Positions 1 through 12,600 of a stretch of DNA of 39,101 nucleotides are shown here, one piece after another. Position 1 is the stretch's first letter, and each line of letters opens with the position of its first letter. Source of the DNA: a virus (lineage: Duplodnaviria > Caudoviricetes). Location of the stretch: IMG/VR virus record IMGVR_UViG_3300020161_002896, positions 1-39,101 of that record; one strand, 5' to 3'. The translations under genes were made by a program, and so were the position numbers. The notes under the pieces were generated by a model. That model was not told where the DNA came from. It saw only the letters and a program-made list of their open reading frames with translations, and searched no databases.

Positions 1-2
1 AT

Positions 3-170
3 CTTGAATATCCTTGGTTTGCTCCTAAGATGCAAGTCTTTGAATCTGGTGCAGTTCAGGATATGTGTGGTGAAGATGTTTCATTCTGTCTTGATGCAAA
101 AGAGGCAGGCTTTGAAATCTGGTGCGATCCTCGTATTAGAGTTGGACATGAAAAAACTCGCGTAATCTAA
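3..170 (+). CDS. C-terminal fragment of a GT-A fold (family 2-like) glycosyltransferase, 5' truncated by the window edge
   Basis: Hand translation from base 3: LEYPWFAPKMQVFESGAVQDMCGEDVSFCLDAKEAGFEIWCDPRIRVGHEKTRVI*. The PWF, GED.SFC and I..DP..RVGH motifs are typical of the C-terminal half of GT2-like enzymes. Confidence 0.75.
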   Translation, partial: LEYPWFAPKMQVFESGAVQDMCGEDVSFCLDAKEAGFEIWCDPRIRVGHEKTRVI

Positions 171-331
171 TGAGTACACTTTACAATCTTTTATACAAAG
201 GGCGTAAAATTTATACTAATCTCACTATGGAAGACTGCAGTGAGATTTTACAAGACTTCTCGGAGCGTTTTTACTCGGGAGAAGACATTGATCCTAATGA
301 ATTAGAAATGGAGGAAATTGTAAATGGCTAA
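170..331 (+). CDS. Small acidic hypothetical protein (53 aa), not in ORF track
   Basis: ATG overlaps the upstream stop (TAATG). Translation MSTLYNLLYKGRKIYTNLTMEDCSEILQDFSERFYSGEDIDPNELEMEEIVNG*. Tightly packed between neighbours. Confidence 0.7.
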   Translation: MSTLYNLLYKGRKIYTNLTMEDCSEILQDFSERFYSGEDIDPNELEMEEIVNG

Positions 332-461
332 AGGTGGATCGAAGACTATTTTTGAAGCAGGAGCACCAAAGAAGACTCGTCAAGGAAGTTCTCCTCGTAC
401 ATTGCTCAGTGCGACCTCTCGTAATGGACGTAAGAAAAAGTATCGCGGTCAAGGAAAATAA
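324..461 (+). CDS. Small basic hypothetical protein (45 aa) ending KKKYRGQGK, not in ORF track
   Basis: SD-like GGAGG at 310-314 upstream of ATG 324. Translation MAKGGSKTIFEAGAPKKTRQGSSPRTLLSATSRNGRKKKYRGQGK*. Followed directly by a terminator hairpin. Confidence 0.75.
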   Translation: MAKGGSKTIFEAGAPKKTRQGSSPRTLLSATSRNGRKKKYRGQGK

Positions 462-470
462 TATAGATAG

Positions 471-495
471 AGCAGGAAGAAATTCCTGCTTTTTT
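471..495 (+). terminator. Rho-independent terminator
   Basis: AGCAGGAA-GAAA-TTCCTGCT: a perfect 8-bp stem with a GNRA tetraloop, followed by TTTTT, 10 nt after the stop at 461. Confidence 0.85.
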
Positions 496-505
496 AGTAT
501 TAACT

Positions 506-1201
506 ATGGCATATCTTAATCATAATCTTCCAACAATTACTTGCTATATTCGTAATGAATTCCTTTATAATCATAAAAAAGGACATGGTGAGGTAACTTT
601 ATGCGATGTACACTCTGTAGCGTCCTTAGAGAAGCACGTACCGCTCTTTGAGGCGTTTCTAGAGAATGGGGTGAACTGGACAAGAAGACCAATTCATGCG
701 TTTTGTTGGAAACCTGACGCACCAGTACCTGAATTAGAAGAGTGTATGTGGTGGGATTGTTTTTCTCCTTACGTTGATGTTCAAGTTCGTTCAAGATTGG
801 CTAACTTACGTGCTGAATTGATTAATTATCGTGGAGAAAAGAATGAAGGAACCTACATGTTCACTCTTGATTGGTCATGGGAGTCAAAATCTACTCTGAA
901 TACTAACTTTAGTGAGACTCCAGAGCATAAATGTGCTCATTTTTTCAAGATGGACAATGGAAATTTCTATGCATACCCAAATAATAAGATATTATGGTAT
1001 GATGATGCATGGACTAAGGATAGAATTACCAAAAATCCAGGTTATGAAATAGATTTAACCGAATACTCTGTCGAAAATCGTCGCAAAATAGAGACATCTG
1101 ACGATTTTATGTACGAAATTACAAAAATTCGGGATAGCAACCCCGTAAAAAGTTCTGATTTTAACGAATCAGGAGCACAAAATGGACCAGAAACTGCTTA
1201 G
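506..1201 (+). CDS. Hypothetical phage protein (231 aa), aromatic/His/Cys-rich
   Basis: Long ORF with globular composition. No function recognised. The last about 25 codons overlap a structured element and the next gene. Confidence 0.8.
   Translation: MAYLNHNLPTITCYIRNEFLYNHKKGHGEVTLCDVHSVASLEKHVPLFEAFLENGVNWTRRPIHAFCWKPDAPVPELEECMWWDCFSPYVDVQVRSRLANLRAELINYRGEKNEGTYMFTLDWSWESKSTLNTNFSETPEHKCAHFFKMDNGNFYAYPNNKILWYDDAWTKDRITKNPGYEIDLTEYSVENRRKIETSDDFMYEITKIRDSNPVKSSDFNESGAQNGPETA
1130..1176 (+). promoter_or_regulatory. Two-hairpin element; the second stem sequesters the SD of the ORF at 1182
   Basis: CGGG-ATAGCAAC-CCCG (1130-1145), an A-rich linker, then TTCTGATTT-TAAC-GAATCAGGA (1153-1174; 9 bp including 2 G:U), which pairs most of AGGAG (1171-1175). 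Confidence 0.5.
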
Positions 1202-1346
1202 AGAGATTGCAAACGACGATCTGAACCCCAAAAAGCATGATTTTTCTCAACAAAATGATATTCATGCAAAAATTCGCAATGATGAGGACTATGATGACTG
1301 GGAATATGGCACTGAACCTCTATATGAATTCAAAAAAGGCGAATAA
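1182..1346 (+). CDS. Small acidic hypothetical protein (54 aa), not in ORF track
   Basis: AGGAG 6 nt upstream of the ATG. Translation MDQKLLREIANDDLNPKKHDFSQQNDIHAKIRNDEDYDDWEYGTEPLYEFKKGE*. Fills the gap before g25. Confidence 0.75.
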   Translation: MDQKLLREIANDDLNPKKHDFSQQNDIHAKIRNDEDYDDWEYGTEPLYEFKKGE

Positions 1347-1349
1347 ATA
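1343..1349 (+). promoter_or_regulatory. T4-type late promoter (gp55 sigma) upstream of g25
   Basis: ATAAATA 20 nt upstream of the g25 start. Confidence 0.7.
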
Positions 1350-1369
1350 ATACAGATTTTGTACTTTTT

Positions 1370-1771
1370 ATGCCTCTAGAGCGGGTCAGTAAAGGATTTA
1401 AAGACCTGAGTATGACCTTTCAGGCCAATCCACTCAATTATGACCTTATTGCTCTGAAAAATGAGACTGCTATTGCTCGCTCTCTTCGAAACTTGGTATT
1501 AACTTATCCAGGAGAACGCTTTTTTAACGAAAATTTAGGTTCAAAAGTAAGTCGTTCTCTTTTTGAAAATGTTGATCAAATCTCAGCATCTGTAATTAAA
1601 GATGAAATTGAAAATACTATTATAAATTATGAACCAAGAGTGGATTTAATCTCAATAAATGTTTCACCAAATTATAATGAAGGTGAATTTAACGTAACTA
1701 TAAATTATAGAATTGTAGGTATTGATGTTTTACCGCAACAGTTATCATTTGCACTCCAGCCAACACGATAA
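1370..1771 (+). CDS. gp25: Baseplate wedge subunit gp25
   Basis: F.DL.M.F..NP, NE.AI.RSLRNLVLT..GERFF...GS and I.NYEPRV motifs. 133 aa, immediately before g6. Confidence 0.93.
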   Translation: MPLERVSKGFKDLSMTFQANPLNYDLIALKNETAIARSLRNLVLTYPGERFFNENLGSKVSRSLFENVDQISASVIKDEIENTIINYEPRVDLISINVSPNYNEGEFNVTINYRIVGIDVLPQQLSFALQPTR

Positions 1772-3682
1772 ATGGCATTAGTTAATTTTACGAATTTAGA
1801 CTTCGATCAAATAAAAAGTTCAATTCGCGAGTATTTAAGAGCGAATTCGAACTTTACTGACTACGATTATGAAGGATCAAATCTCTCAACTTTGATCGAT
1901 GTTTTAGCGTATAATACATATATTTCCTCATATAATGCTAATATGATTAGCAATGAGGTTTTCATTGATAGCGCAACACTTAGAGAAAATGTTGTTTCTC
2001 TTGCAAGAAACATTGGTTACGTTCCACATTCTCGTTCAGCATCAAAAGCAAATGTTTCTTTCTTTGTAGATACTACAGGATTTATAACAAATCCACTTAC
2101 ATTAACATTGAAAAATGGCGTTGTTTGCACTTCAAATAGTTCTTTTGGAACTCAAAGTTTTTCTTTTATAGTTTCACAAGACATTACTGTTCCAGTAGTT
2201 AATGGAATTGCATTGTTTGAAAATATCAACGTTTATGAGGGATCATATATTGTCAATAATTTTACAGTTGATGGAAATAACACAAATCAAAAATTTATTT
2301 TAGATAATGCTAATATTGATGTAGATTCTATCAGTGTGTTTGTAAGAGATACTCAAGCAAGCACGGTTAAAAGAGCATATAAATTATCAAGAAATCTTTT
2401 TGATATTGATTCAGAATCAAAGGTTTTCTTTATTCAAGAAATAGAAGATCAAAGATATGAATTAATTTTTGGCGATGGTGTATTTGGTAAAAAACTTTCC
2501 AATTTAAATTATATTGAAGTTTCATACAATGTTACTAACGGCGAAAATGGAAATGGAGTTTCCTCATTTAATTTCAATGGACGCATTGTAGATAATAGCA
2601 ATAGAGTAGTTACAGATGGTATTTCTTTAATCACAACAAATTCCACATCGCAGAATGGAAGAGAAATTGAATCTGTCGAATCTATTAAGAAATATGCGCC
2701 TAGAAAATATGCCGCACAAAATCGTGCAGTAACTGCGACTGATTATGAAACTATCATTCCAATAATATATCCGGAAGCAGAATCAATATCTGTTTTTGGT
2801 GGAGAAGATTTGACTCCTCCTCAATATGGAAGAGTTTTTATTAGTATTAAACCCATTAATGGTCCATTTGTTTCTAACCAAGTTAAAGATAACCTGGAAA
2901 GAGATTTGAGAAAATATACAGTTGCAGGTATAGTTCCCGAAATTATTGATTTGAAATATCTTTACCTAGAAACGGATACAACTGCTTATTATAACTCAAA
3001 TGCAACCAATGATTCGAATTATTTAAAAGATATTATTTTTAGTAATATAAAAAGTTACGCAAACTCAAAAGAATTAAACAAATACGGTGCAAGGTTTAAA
3101 TATAGCAAATATTTAAAAATAATTGATGACTCAGATTCTGCGGTTACATCTAACATTACTAAAGTTGTAATGAGGCGTGATCTAAGAGCAGAAGTTAATA
3201 AATTTGCAGATTATGAAATTTGTTATGGAAATGAATTTTATATTAAAAACATGGCGGGGTATAACATAAAATCTTCAGGATTCAAAGTTGCTGGAATAAA
3301 TGATACAATTTACATGACAGATCTTCCAGATTCTAATGGATTGACTGGAAATATATTTTTCTTTAAACTACAATCCTCAACACAACCAATAATCGTGAAA
3401 AAGAATGCTGGTAAAATTGATTATGTGAAGGGAGAAATAACATTATATCCAGTTAATATATCTTCAACTTCAAAAACTTCATTTTCTCAACCAATTATTC
3501 AAATTTCAGTGATTCCCAAATCTAATGATGCGATTGGATTACAGGATTTGTATTTGCAACTAGATATTAATAACAGTACATTAAATATGTTATCTGATGA
3601 AATTTCTTCTGGTTCAGATCTATCTGGATCATCATATAAGGTTACATCAAGCTACACTAACGGAGACCTCGTAAGAATATAA
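1772..3682 (+). CDS. gp6: Baseplate wedge subunit gp6
   Basis: LDFDQIK, FTDYDYEGSNLS.LIDVLAYNT, DSATLRENVVSLA, FGDGVFGK and QNRAVTA.DYE motifs. 636 aa. Confidence 0.95.
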   Translation: MALVNFTNLDFDQIKSSIREYLRANSNFTDYDYEGSNLSTLIDVLAYNTYISSYNANMISNEVFIDSATLRENVVSLARNIGYVPHSRSASKANVSFFVDTTGFITNPLTLTLKNGVVCTSNSSFGTQSFSFIVSQDITVPVVNGIALFENINVYEGSYIVNNFTVDGNNTNQKFILDNANIDVDSISVFVRDTQASTVKRAYKLSRNLFDIDSESKVFFIQEIEDQRYELIFGDGVFGKKLSNLNYIEVSYNVTNGENGNGVSSFNFNGRIVDNSNRVVTDGISLITTNSTSQNGREIESVESIKKYAPRKYAAQNRAVTATDYETIIPIIYPEAESISVFGGEDLTPPQYGRVFISIKPINGPFVSNQVKDNLERDLRKYTVAGIVPEIIDLKYLYLETDTTAYYNSNATNDSNYLKDIIFSNIKSYANSKELNKYGARFKYSKYLKIIDDSDSAVTSNITKVVMRRDLRAEVNKFADYEICYGNEFYIKNMAGYNIKSSGFKVAGINDTIYMTDLPDSNGLTGNIFFFKLQSSTQPIIVKKNAGKIDYVKGEITLYPVNISSTSKTSFSQPIIQISVIPKSNDAIGLQDLYLQLDINNSTLNMLSDEISSGSDLSGSSYKVTSSYTNGDLVRI

Positions 3683-3686
3683 TAAA

Positions 3687-6600
3687 ATGACAGAAACCAG
3701 AATCAAAATCAGTTCCATCCTTGAAAATCAACTGCCACAGTTTGTTTTAGAAGAATTTCCACTTGTTTCGGAATTTTTATCTCAATATTACACCTCCTTA
3801 GAGAATCAAGGAGGATCAAGTGACATACTTCAAAACATTGATCAATATATTAAGATTGATCATTTAACGAATTTAATTGAATCAACTACATTATCCACTG
3901 ATGTAACTTTTTTTGATACTGCGATTAACGTTGTTTCTACTGCAGGATTTCCAGATTCTTATGGTCTTTTATTAATTGATTCTGAAATAATCACATACAC
4001 TTCAAAAACCTCTACAACTTTCGAAGGATGTGTGCGTGGATTTAGTGGTATAACCTCACATAAAATAAAAGATGAGTTAACTTTTAAAGAGACTGAAGCA
4101 CAAGAGCATAGTTCATCTGCAACTGTATCAAATTTAAGTGTTCTTTTTCTAAAAGAGTTTTTAATTAAAGTCAAAAAGCAAGTAACTCCTGGATTTGAAG
4201 AAAGAGAACTATATTCTGACTTAAACGAAAGGCTTTTTATTAAACAATCTATAGATTTTTATTCCTCTAAAGGCACCGACGATTCATTTAAAATTTTATT
4301 TGGTGCTTTATATGGACAAAATGTTGAGATTATTAGACCCAGAGATTATTTAATACAACCTTCTGATGCACAATATAGGATTACTTCGGATTTAGTTGTA
4401 GAAAAAATTGAAGGTGATCCAGAAAATTTAATTAATACAACTTTATATCAAGAAGAAACAGAGTATACTGAAGCTGCGCAAGGAACTGTAACTAAAGTAG
4501 AAAAAATAAGAAGAGGCAATAAAGATTATTATGTAATCAGTTTAGATTCTGATTATGATAAAGATATATCAGCAGTTGGATCAATTTATGGAAAATTTCA
4601 AATACATCCAAAGACAAAGATTGTATCGTCAATAATTTCAGGATCAACAACACTAGAAGTAGATTCCACTGTAGCGTTTCCAAATACAAATGGGACTTTA
4701 GTTATTGATTTAGATAACCAAACATCTTTAACAGTAACCTACACCTCAAAAACTTTAAATCAATTCTTTGGTTGCGTTGGAATAACACAGGATATTCCAG
4801 CATCTACTGAAGTTAAAACAAATTCTTTTGCATCGTCAAGCGATAAAAAAGTAAAAGTTAGAATTCTTGGTGTCTTATCCGATTTTAAAGTTCCAAATAA
4901 TACTCGTTTTTACTCAAGTGGTGATACGATTAAAATAAAAACTTTAGGTGTTGATTTAAAAGATTCAAAAGCAAATAATTGGTTTTTCAATATTCCAACA
5001 AAATATAACGTAAGTTCTATTCAACTTTTAGATAGTTCTGATAGATCATATAAAATCAACACATATATCAATCATTCATTTAAGGTTGGTGATATTGTTT
5101 CATTATTATCTTTTTCAGGGGTTTCGTATACCGGTAATGTAATTTCTTTTGATAACGAAAGATCATTTACTATACAACTTGGATCCAATATCAATTTACT
5201 TGATGAAAGTCAAACCTATATTGCAAATAAAGTTTTATTGAAAGCAGTAGCAGAAAATTATTCATCAGTAAACCAATTTACAACAAATGTTCAAAATGTA
5301 TATTCTGACGGAGAATCTTTATATGTTGCTTCTCCTTCACTTCCTTCTTACTTAAATAGATCACTAAAAATCAATGACAGATCTGTTGTTTTTAGTGGAA
5401 CATTTAGTGGTACAACTTTAAATGTAGGTAAACATGGTTTTTATACTGGTGATTCTATTGTATACAAACCATTAGGAACCAATTCTTTAGGAATTGCTAC
5501 TGGTGTTTACTTTATAAAAAAAATAAGTGATACCGAAGTTAAATTATCAAGAAGTAGAACAAATATTTTTACTGAAAATTTTGTAAGTGTAGGTGGTTCA
5601 GTTACTGCTGCTAAATTTGAACTTGCTGATTTTACTTATAGAGATTTAAGCACTCAATCATTAGAATCTCAAAAGTTAATCAGAAAAATTTCTGAACCAG
5701 AAATTGATGGCAACGTTTATGAAACAAAACCAGGACTAACTGGTATTTTTATTAATGGTGTAGAAAACTTAAATTATAAATCAAAAGATAATGTTTACTA
5801 TGGTCCTATTGAAAGCATCGCTCCTGCTGCACCAGGAAATGGATATGATATTATAAATCCACCTGTTTTAAATATTTCAGATCCAAATGGTTCTGGAGCA
5901 AGTGGATATTGTTCTGTTGTTGGTGGATTGGAAAGAATTAATATTATAGATCCAGGATTTGATTATTTAGACGAACCAAAAATTGAGATCACTGGAGGTA
6001 ATGGAACTGGTGCCTCTGCAAAGACAAGTTTAATAAGTTTTGATCATAGCGTATCTTTTAATTCAATATCTGCTGCAGGTTTAGTAAAATTAAATCCAAC
6101 AAACACAATCGGATTTTACAGTTATCATAAATTTAGAGACGCTGAAGAAGTTGTTTATATAACAGATTCTCAGACCTCAGTTGGTGGACTATCAACTAAC
6201 TCAACTTATTTTGTTTCAGTACAAAATGCAACTGACGTAAAACTCCACAAATCATTTATAGATGCTGTTGCAGGAATTAACACAATTCAATTAACTTCTT
6301 ATGGAGTTGGAAATCACTCATTTAAATCCAAAAATAAAAAGAAGCAAATTGGATCAATCACTATAGAAAATAGTGGAATAAATTATCAAAATAAATTGGT
6401 TACAACAGGAATAAGTGGTATTAATACTGCTTCAAATTCCATCAATATTTCCAATCATGGATATAATACTGGAGAAGTTATTGTATATAATGCAACTGAA
6501 AATGTAATAGGAGGACTATCATCTGCAACTTCTTACTATGTAACTAAGATTGATGATAGTCAGTTTAAATTATCACAAATTGGAATTGGAACAATAGGAA

Positions 6601-9600
6601 TCACCACTTCATTCTACTTTGATACCAAACAGTATATTAATTTAACTTCTGTTGGTAGTGGAATTCATAAGTTTAACTATCCAGAAATTAAAGTTTCTGT
6701 CAGAGGTAGGATTGGTGTTTCGACACTTACCGGACAAGACTTTAATGCGATTGTTCAACCAATTTTTAGAGGTGGTGTACAATCAGTTTTTGTCAATTCA
6801 GGTGGATCAAAATATGGTTCTGAAGATATAATTAATCACAATAGACAACCACTGGTGGAATTAAGTTCGGGATCAGGTATTGAACTTAGACCAATCGTAT
6901 CAAATGGTCAAATTGTTGACGTTTTAGTTAATAGTTCCGGAAGTGGATATAATTCTCCACCAAATCTTGCAGTCAATGGAAGTGGAATAGGTGCTTTATT
7001 AACTCCAATATTATCAAATGGAACTTTAGTTGAGGTGAAAGTTATCTATGGTGGAATTGGATATGATCAATCAAATACTTCAATTACAGTAACTCCTGCA
7101 GGATCTGGCGCAAAATTTGAAGCACAAATTAAGTCTTGGAAGATAAATTTAGTACAAAGATTATTAGAGAATTCTCAAATACAAGAAGACGATGGAATCT
7201 TGGATGCAGGATTAAATGTTAATTATGGTCTTCAATATGCACATGCTTATGCGCCAAGAAGTCTGAGATCTTCCATTCAAGCAACCAAATTTAAAGATGG
7301 TCAAAAAATATATGTTCCAGATTTACAAACTTCTAATAATAAAGAAGTATCCAACTCGGATGATATTGGGCACTCTCCAGTTATTGGGTGGGCATATGAC
7401 GGAAATCCAATTTATGGGCCCAATGGATATTCATCAAAAACTGGTGGTGCAGTTAGATCTTTAAGATCAGGTTATGAATTGGATTTAAAAGACAATAGAC
7501 CTAGTGTATCAATTTATCCTCAAGGGTTTTTTATTGAAGATTATACTTATACTGGAAATGGTGATTTGGATGCTCATAATGGAAGATTTGGAATTACTCC
7601 CGAATATCCAAATGGTGTTTATGCATATTTTACCACAATTAATAGTGGAGACGTTGAATTAACTGGTCTTTTTACAAATTATAAAAAACCAGTTTTTCCT
7701 TACGTTATTGGAAATTCTTACAAATCAAAAGTAATTGATTTTAACTTTAAAAATGATTCTAGTCAAGACCATATTGATATAAATCAAACTAACTGGAAAA
7801 GAAATATTACTCCTTATAATATTTCTTCATATGAATATCTTTTCAATCCAAATAGTATTAAATCTCAAGAATCTACAGTTAAAAATGTTTCTACTGGATC
7901 TATTGATTCTATTGGTATTGAAACTGGAGGACAAAATTATAAAATAGGTGATAAATTAATTTTTAATAATAGGTCTGGATTTGGAGCAAAAGCAAAAGTT
8001 TTTGCGATTACAGGAAAAGCAGTAAATCAAATTAGTGTTGCTTCTTCGTCTTTTGATGATGTTAGATTCTGCACATACAATCAAGGGTTTATTGGATTTA
8101 CTTCAATTCCTCATAATTATTTAAATAATGACTTAGTTACATTTACTGGAAAGTATGATTATAAAAAGTCGGGAAATATAATAGTTGGATCAAATACTTT
8201 GACTTTAATTGCTGGAGTTGGATCTGCACAATACACCGGAATTGTTACTTATTTTAGTGTTTCTGGCAATTTAAGTTTTCCGAGTGTTAGAGAAAATGAT
8301 ATTTACCAAATTGGAAATGAAGAAGTTAAGATTTTAGATATTGATATACAAGCATCTAAAATTACAGTTCTTCGTAACCAAAATGGAACTACCGGTTTAA
8401 CAACTTATTCTGCGGGAATTGCTTTAACAGAAAAAACTAGAAAGTTCCAACTTAATTTTGGAATATCAACATCATACAATTTCAATATTGATGGTGAAAT
8501 TTATTTTGATCCTAATCAAGTTGTTGGATTGGGAACAACTTCTGGTCCTGGTATAACTTCCACGATTTTTATTAATACTAATAATTTTAATAATCAAGTA
8601 TCAATTGGGACCGGATCTACTACATTCTTATTCTTTAACAATCTTTTGAATCTTCAAAACTATGCTTCTGGTGGATATGTTGATGTTGTAAATGCAACAA
8701 ATAGTTCTTTCAATACTACAAAGAAAAAAATAATAGGAATTGGCGCATCTTCTATTAAGATTGATTTTGATTCATCCTCTCTCTCTGGAGTAGGTGTTAC
8801 TGCATATGTTAACAAATGGAACATATTAGAAATTCCAACACAATCAATTTATATTAAGGGAAATAATTTAAAGACAGGAGACTCTTTAATCTATTCTGCA
8901 AATGGCGGAACTAGAATATCAGTTTCTACAAATGGATCTTCTTCTTTTGTATTAGGGGAAAACTCCATTGTTTATGTTGCAAAAATTTCAAAGGATCTTA
9001 TTGGTATTTCAACGGTTAAAGTTGGATTGGGATCAACTGGTACTTTTGTTGGTGTTGGATCAACAACTCCTAGTGGTATTTTGTATTTTACCTCTGTTGG
9101 AACTGGAAATACACATAGTTTTAAAACAAATTATACTGACAAATTATCTGGACAAATTAGCAAAAATATAGTGACAGTTTCTACTGCAGAAACACATGGA
9201 TTATCTCTCCTTGATGTAGTAAATGTTGAAGTTAAGTCTGGAATTTCCACTACATTTATTGTAAAATATGATGACTATAATAGAAGAGTAATAATCAACC
9301 CTAGAGATTTTTCTTCTATTGATACTACAAACAACATAATTACAATTAATAATCATAAATTTTACACTGGACAAAAAGTTATATACACTGCAGCAACTCC
9401 AGCTTCTGGATTATCTGATAAAGAAATTTATTATGTGGTTGTCATAGATCCAAATAAAATTAAACTATCAAATAGTTATTATCAATCAACACAAACAAAT
9501 CCAGAAGTAGTTAATATAACAACTTCTCAACCAGGAACAATTTCTCCAATCAACCCCCCATTAAACTTTATAAAAAATCAAAAAGTAATTTTTGATCTAT

Positions 9601-12600
9601 CAGATTCTTCATTAAAATTTATTAATAATTCGGTTCCGTATACAGCATTTGATTTAAAATTTTATAAAGATGCTAAATTTGTTGAAGAATTTGATACTAC
9701 AAAATCTTCTCAGACATTTGAAGTAACAAAGGTCGGAAAAATTGGAATTGATTCCACAGCAAGTGTTTCAATAAATGTTAATGATAATGTTCCCATCAAT
9801 TTGTATTATAATTTAGTACCTGCAAATATTACTGTAAATTCTGAAATAAAAAAAGAAATAATCATTGACGATGAAGTATTAGGATTTAATCAAATTACTT
9901 TAATTGATAGTGGTTATGCAGGAAGACATACAATTATTGGAATTTCTTCAACTTCATTTAGTTATAATATCTTAAATACCCCAGAAAAATCTTCATATAT
10001 TCAAGGTATAGAATACTATACTGATAATTCTTCTTCAGCAAAAGGACCAATAAGACAGGTTAGAATATCAAGTAAAGGAAAGAATTATTCTTCACTACCT
10101 TTTGTTTCTTCAATAGAATCTGATACAGGAACAGGTTCAATATTTAATTTAGAAACCAATCAAATAGGAAGAGTTACTTCAACTCAAATAGAAGATATTG
10201 GATTTGATTATTCTGCAGATTATAGTGTTAGACCAACTGCCAAACTTCCAAGTACATTGATTCTGGAATCTCTTTCATCTTTTGATTATATTGGAATTAC
10301 TTCAGTTGGAAGAAATTATAATTCTGCACCATCACTTGTAATTATTGATGGATTAACTAATCAGATAATTACGGATGCAAATATATCATATGAACTTGGT
10401 GATTCTAGAGTTACTATAAACAAAAATAGTACATCAATTAATAATGTAACTCCTAAAATTATTCCAATTAATAATTCTAATGGTATTAAAATTCAAAATA
10501 TAACATTTAACAGTTCAACTAAAGATGTAACGGTAACTTTAGGAGCAAGTTTTAGTGATCCTGAAGATTATCCATTTGCAGTTGGAAGTAAAGTATTGAT
10601 TGAAGGCGTAAGTGTTGGAATTGCATCTACAGAAAAAGGTTACAATTCAACAAATTATAATTATTCTCTATTTACATTAACTGCAGTCGATCCAAATCTT
10701 GGAGGAGCTATTGGAGTTGTTACTTATAACATTTCATCATATCTACAAAATGGAGAAATTCCCGGAACATTTAATAGTTCTTTATCTGTTGGCAAAATAA
10801 TTCCAGAGTCTCATTTTCCTATTTTCAATCCTGTTCTCAAGACAAATGTTTTTTATACAGGAGAAACAGTTTACTCTTCTTCGTCACAAGGAAAAGTTGA
10901 ATTTTGGGATTCTGATATTCAACATCTTAAAGTTTCTACGGTCGATGATTTTATCATCAATGAAACTGTAAGGGGAGAAACTTCAAATTCAGTAGGTATT
11001 ATCAAAAATGTTATAAGTTTTGATGCTGATTATAAGGTTGATGCATCTTCAAATTTGAGAAAAGGTTGGAATAGAGAAACAGGATTCTTGAATAATAATT
11101 TTCAAAGAGTTCATGATAGTGATTATTATCAATATTTTTCATATTCACTAAAATCTCAAAAAGATTTTAACACTTGGAATAATCCAATAAGTGCTTTGAA
11201 TCACACTGCTGGATTTAAAAAGTTCAGTGACTTGATTGTCGAATCAACTCCAACTAATTCAGGAATTTCTACAAGTCAAAATAATGGAGATTTTTCTGGA
11301 ATTTCAGATTTATCAAGTGTTATTGATTTAAATTGTGTCTATGATTTTGATTTAGCAAGAGAAAATAATCTTGTTATTGATGGGCAGTTTAAATCTAATG
11401 AAATTTTATTTAACTCTAGAATTATTCAGGATTATATTGAATCGATTGGAAATAGAGTTTTAGTAATTGATGATTTTTCAAATCAATTTAATAGTAATCC
11501 AAGACCAACACAGTTTAGTGTTGCAGAATCTTTTGATTTAGATAGTTCTAGATCTAAAAAATATATTGCATTAATTAGAGATAAAAAATTTATAAACGAA
11601 AAACAACTTAGTTTAGTGGTATTATTGCATGATAACAATGTTGGATTTTTAAATCAATATGGTTTGGGTACATTAGGTTCTAGTGATTTGGGATCTTTTG
11701 ATTTTAATATTTCTGGAACTATTGGTAATTTACTATTTTATCCAACAAAACCAAAATTCAATGATTATCATCTAGAGTTGTTCTCTTTCTCTTTAGATGA
11801 TAACATTACTGGAATAGGAACAATTGATTTGGGTAATAGTGTACGTATTAATACCTCAACTACAACTATTCCTCAGGGAACCGGAGTTTCAACAAGTATT
11901 GTTGGAATTGCATCTACTTATAGATCTTCAAAAGTTTTAGTTCAAATTGGTGCTACAGATTCTTCATATTATGAAACTAATGAAATTACCATACTTAATG
12001 ATGGAACTAACATTTATATGTTAGATTATGGTAAATTATCAACTGATAACTTGGCATCAATATCTTCTTCTGGTATTGGAACATACAACGCATATATTTC
12101 GGGATCTGAGATAAAAATAGACTTAATACCAGATTCATCAACTTCTGTTGAATATATTGTTAATACTTTTAATGTTTCTTTAGCTAGTACAACTGCATCA
12201 GGAATAGGTACACAAATTATTAGTGGAAGTTCTATAAATTCTTCATCAGTATCAATTGCTTCGAGCACTTCACCCATAGCAAACTCAATTTTATCATATT
12301 CCAATACGGATTATAATTGCTCATACTGTATTATTAGTATTGAAGACAAAACTAATCTTGAATATCAAACATCTGAATTTTTAGTTGTAACAAATTCTGA
12401 TGAAAATGAATGCTACATCACAGAATTTGGAATTTTACAAACTGAATCATCTCTTGGCGTAACAACAGCAGGAGTTTCTGGAACAAACACAGAAATTTAT
12501 TTTACTCCAATTGAAAATATTGATGTTGATATTAAAGTTTTTAGAGTTAATGTTGGATTAAATGAAAATTCTGCAGAAGTTTCTTTAAACAATGGAGCAA

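Noticed and set aside
334-519. Track ORF of 61 aa (MDRRLFLKQ...)
   Set aside because: It overlaps, out of frame, the better-supported 324-461 ORF (strong SD, ATG start) and runs through the terminator at 471-495.
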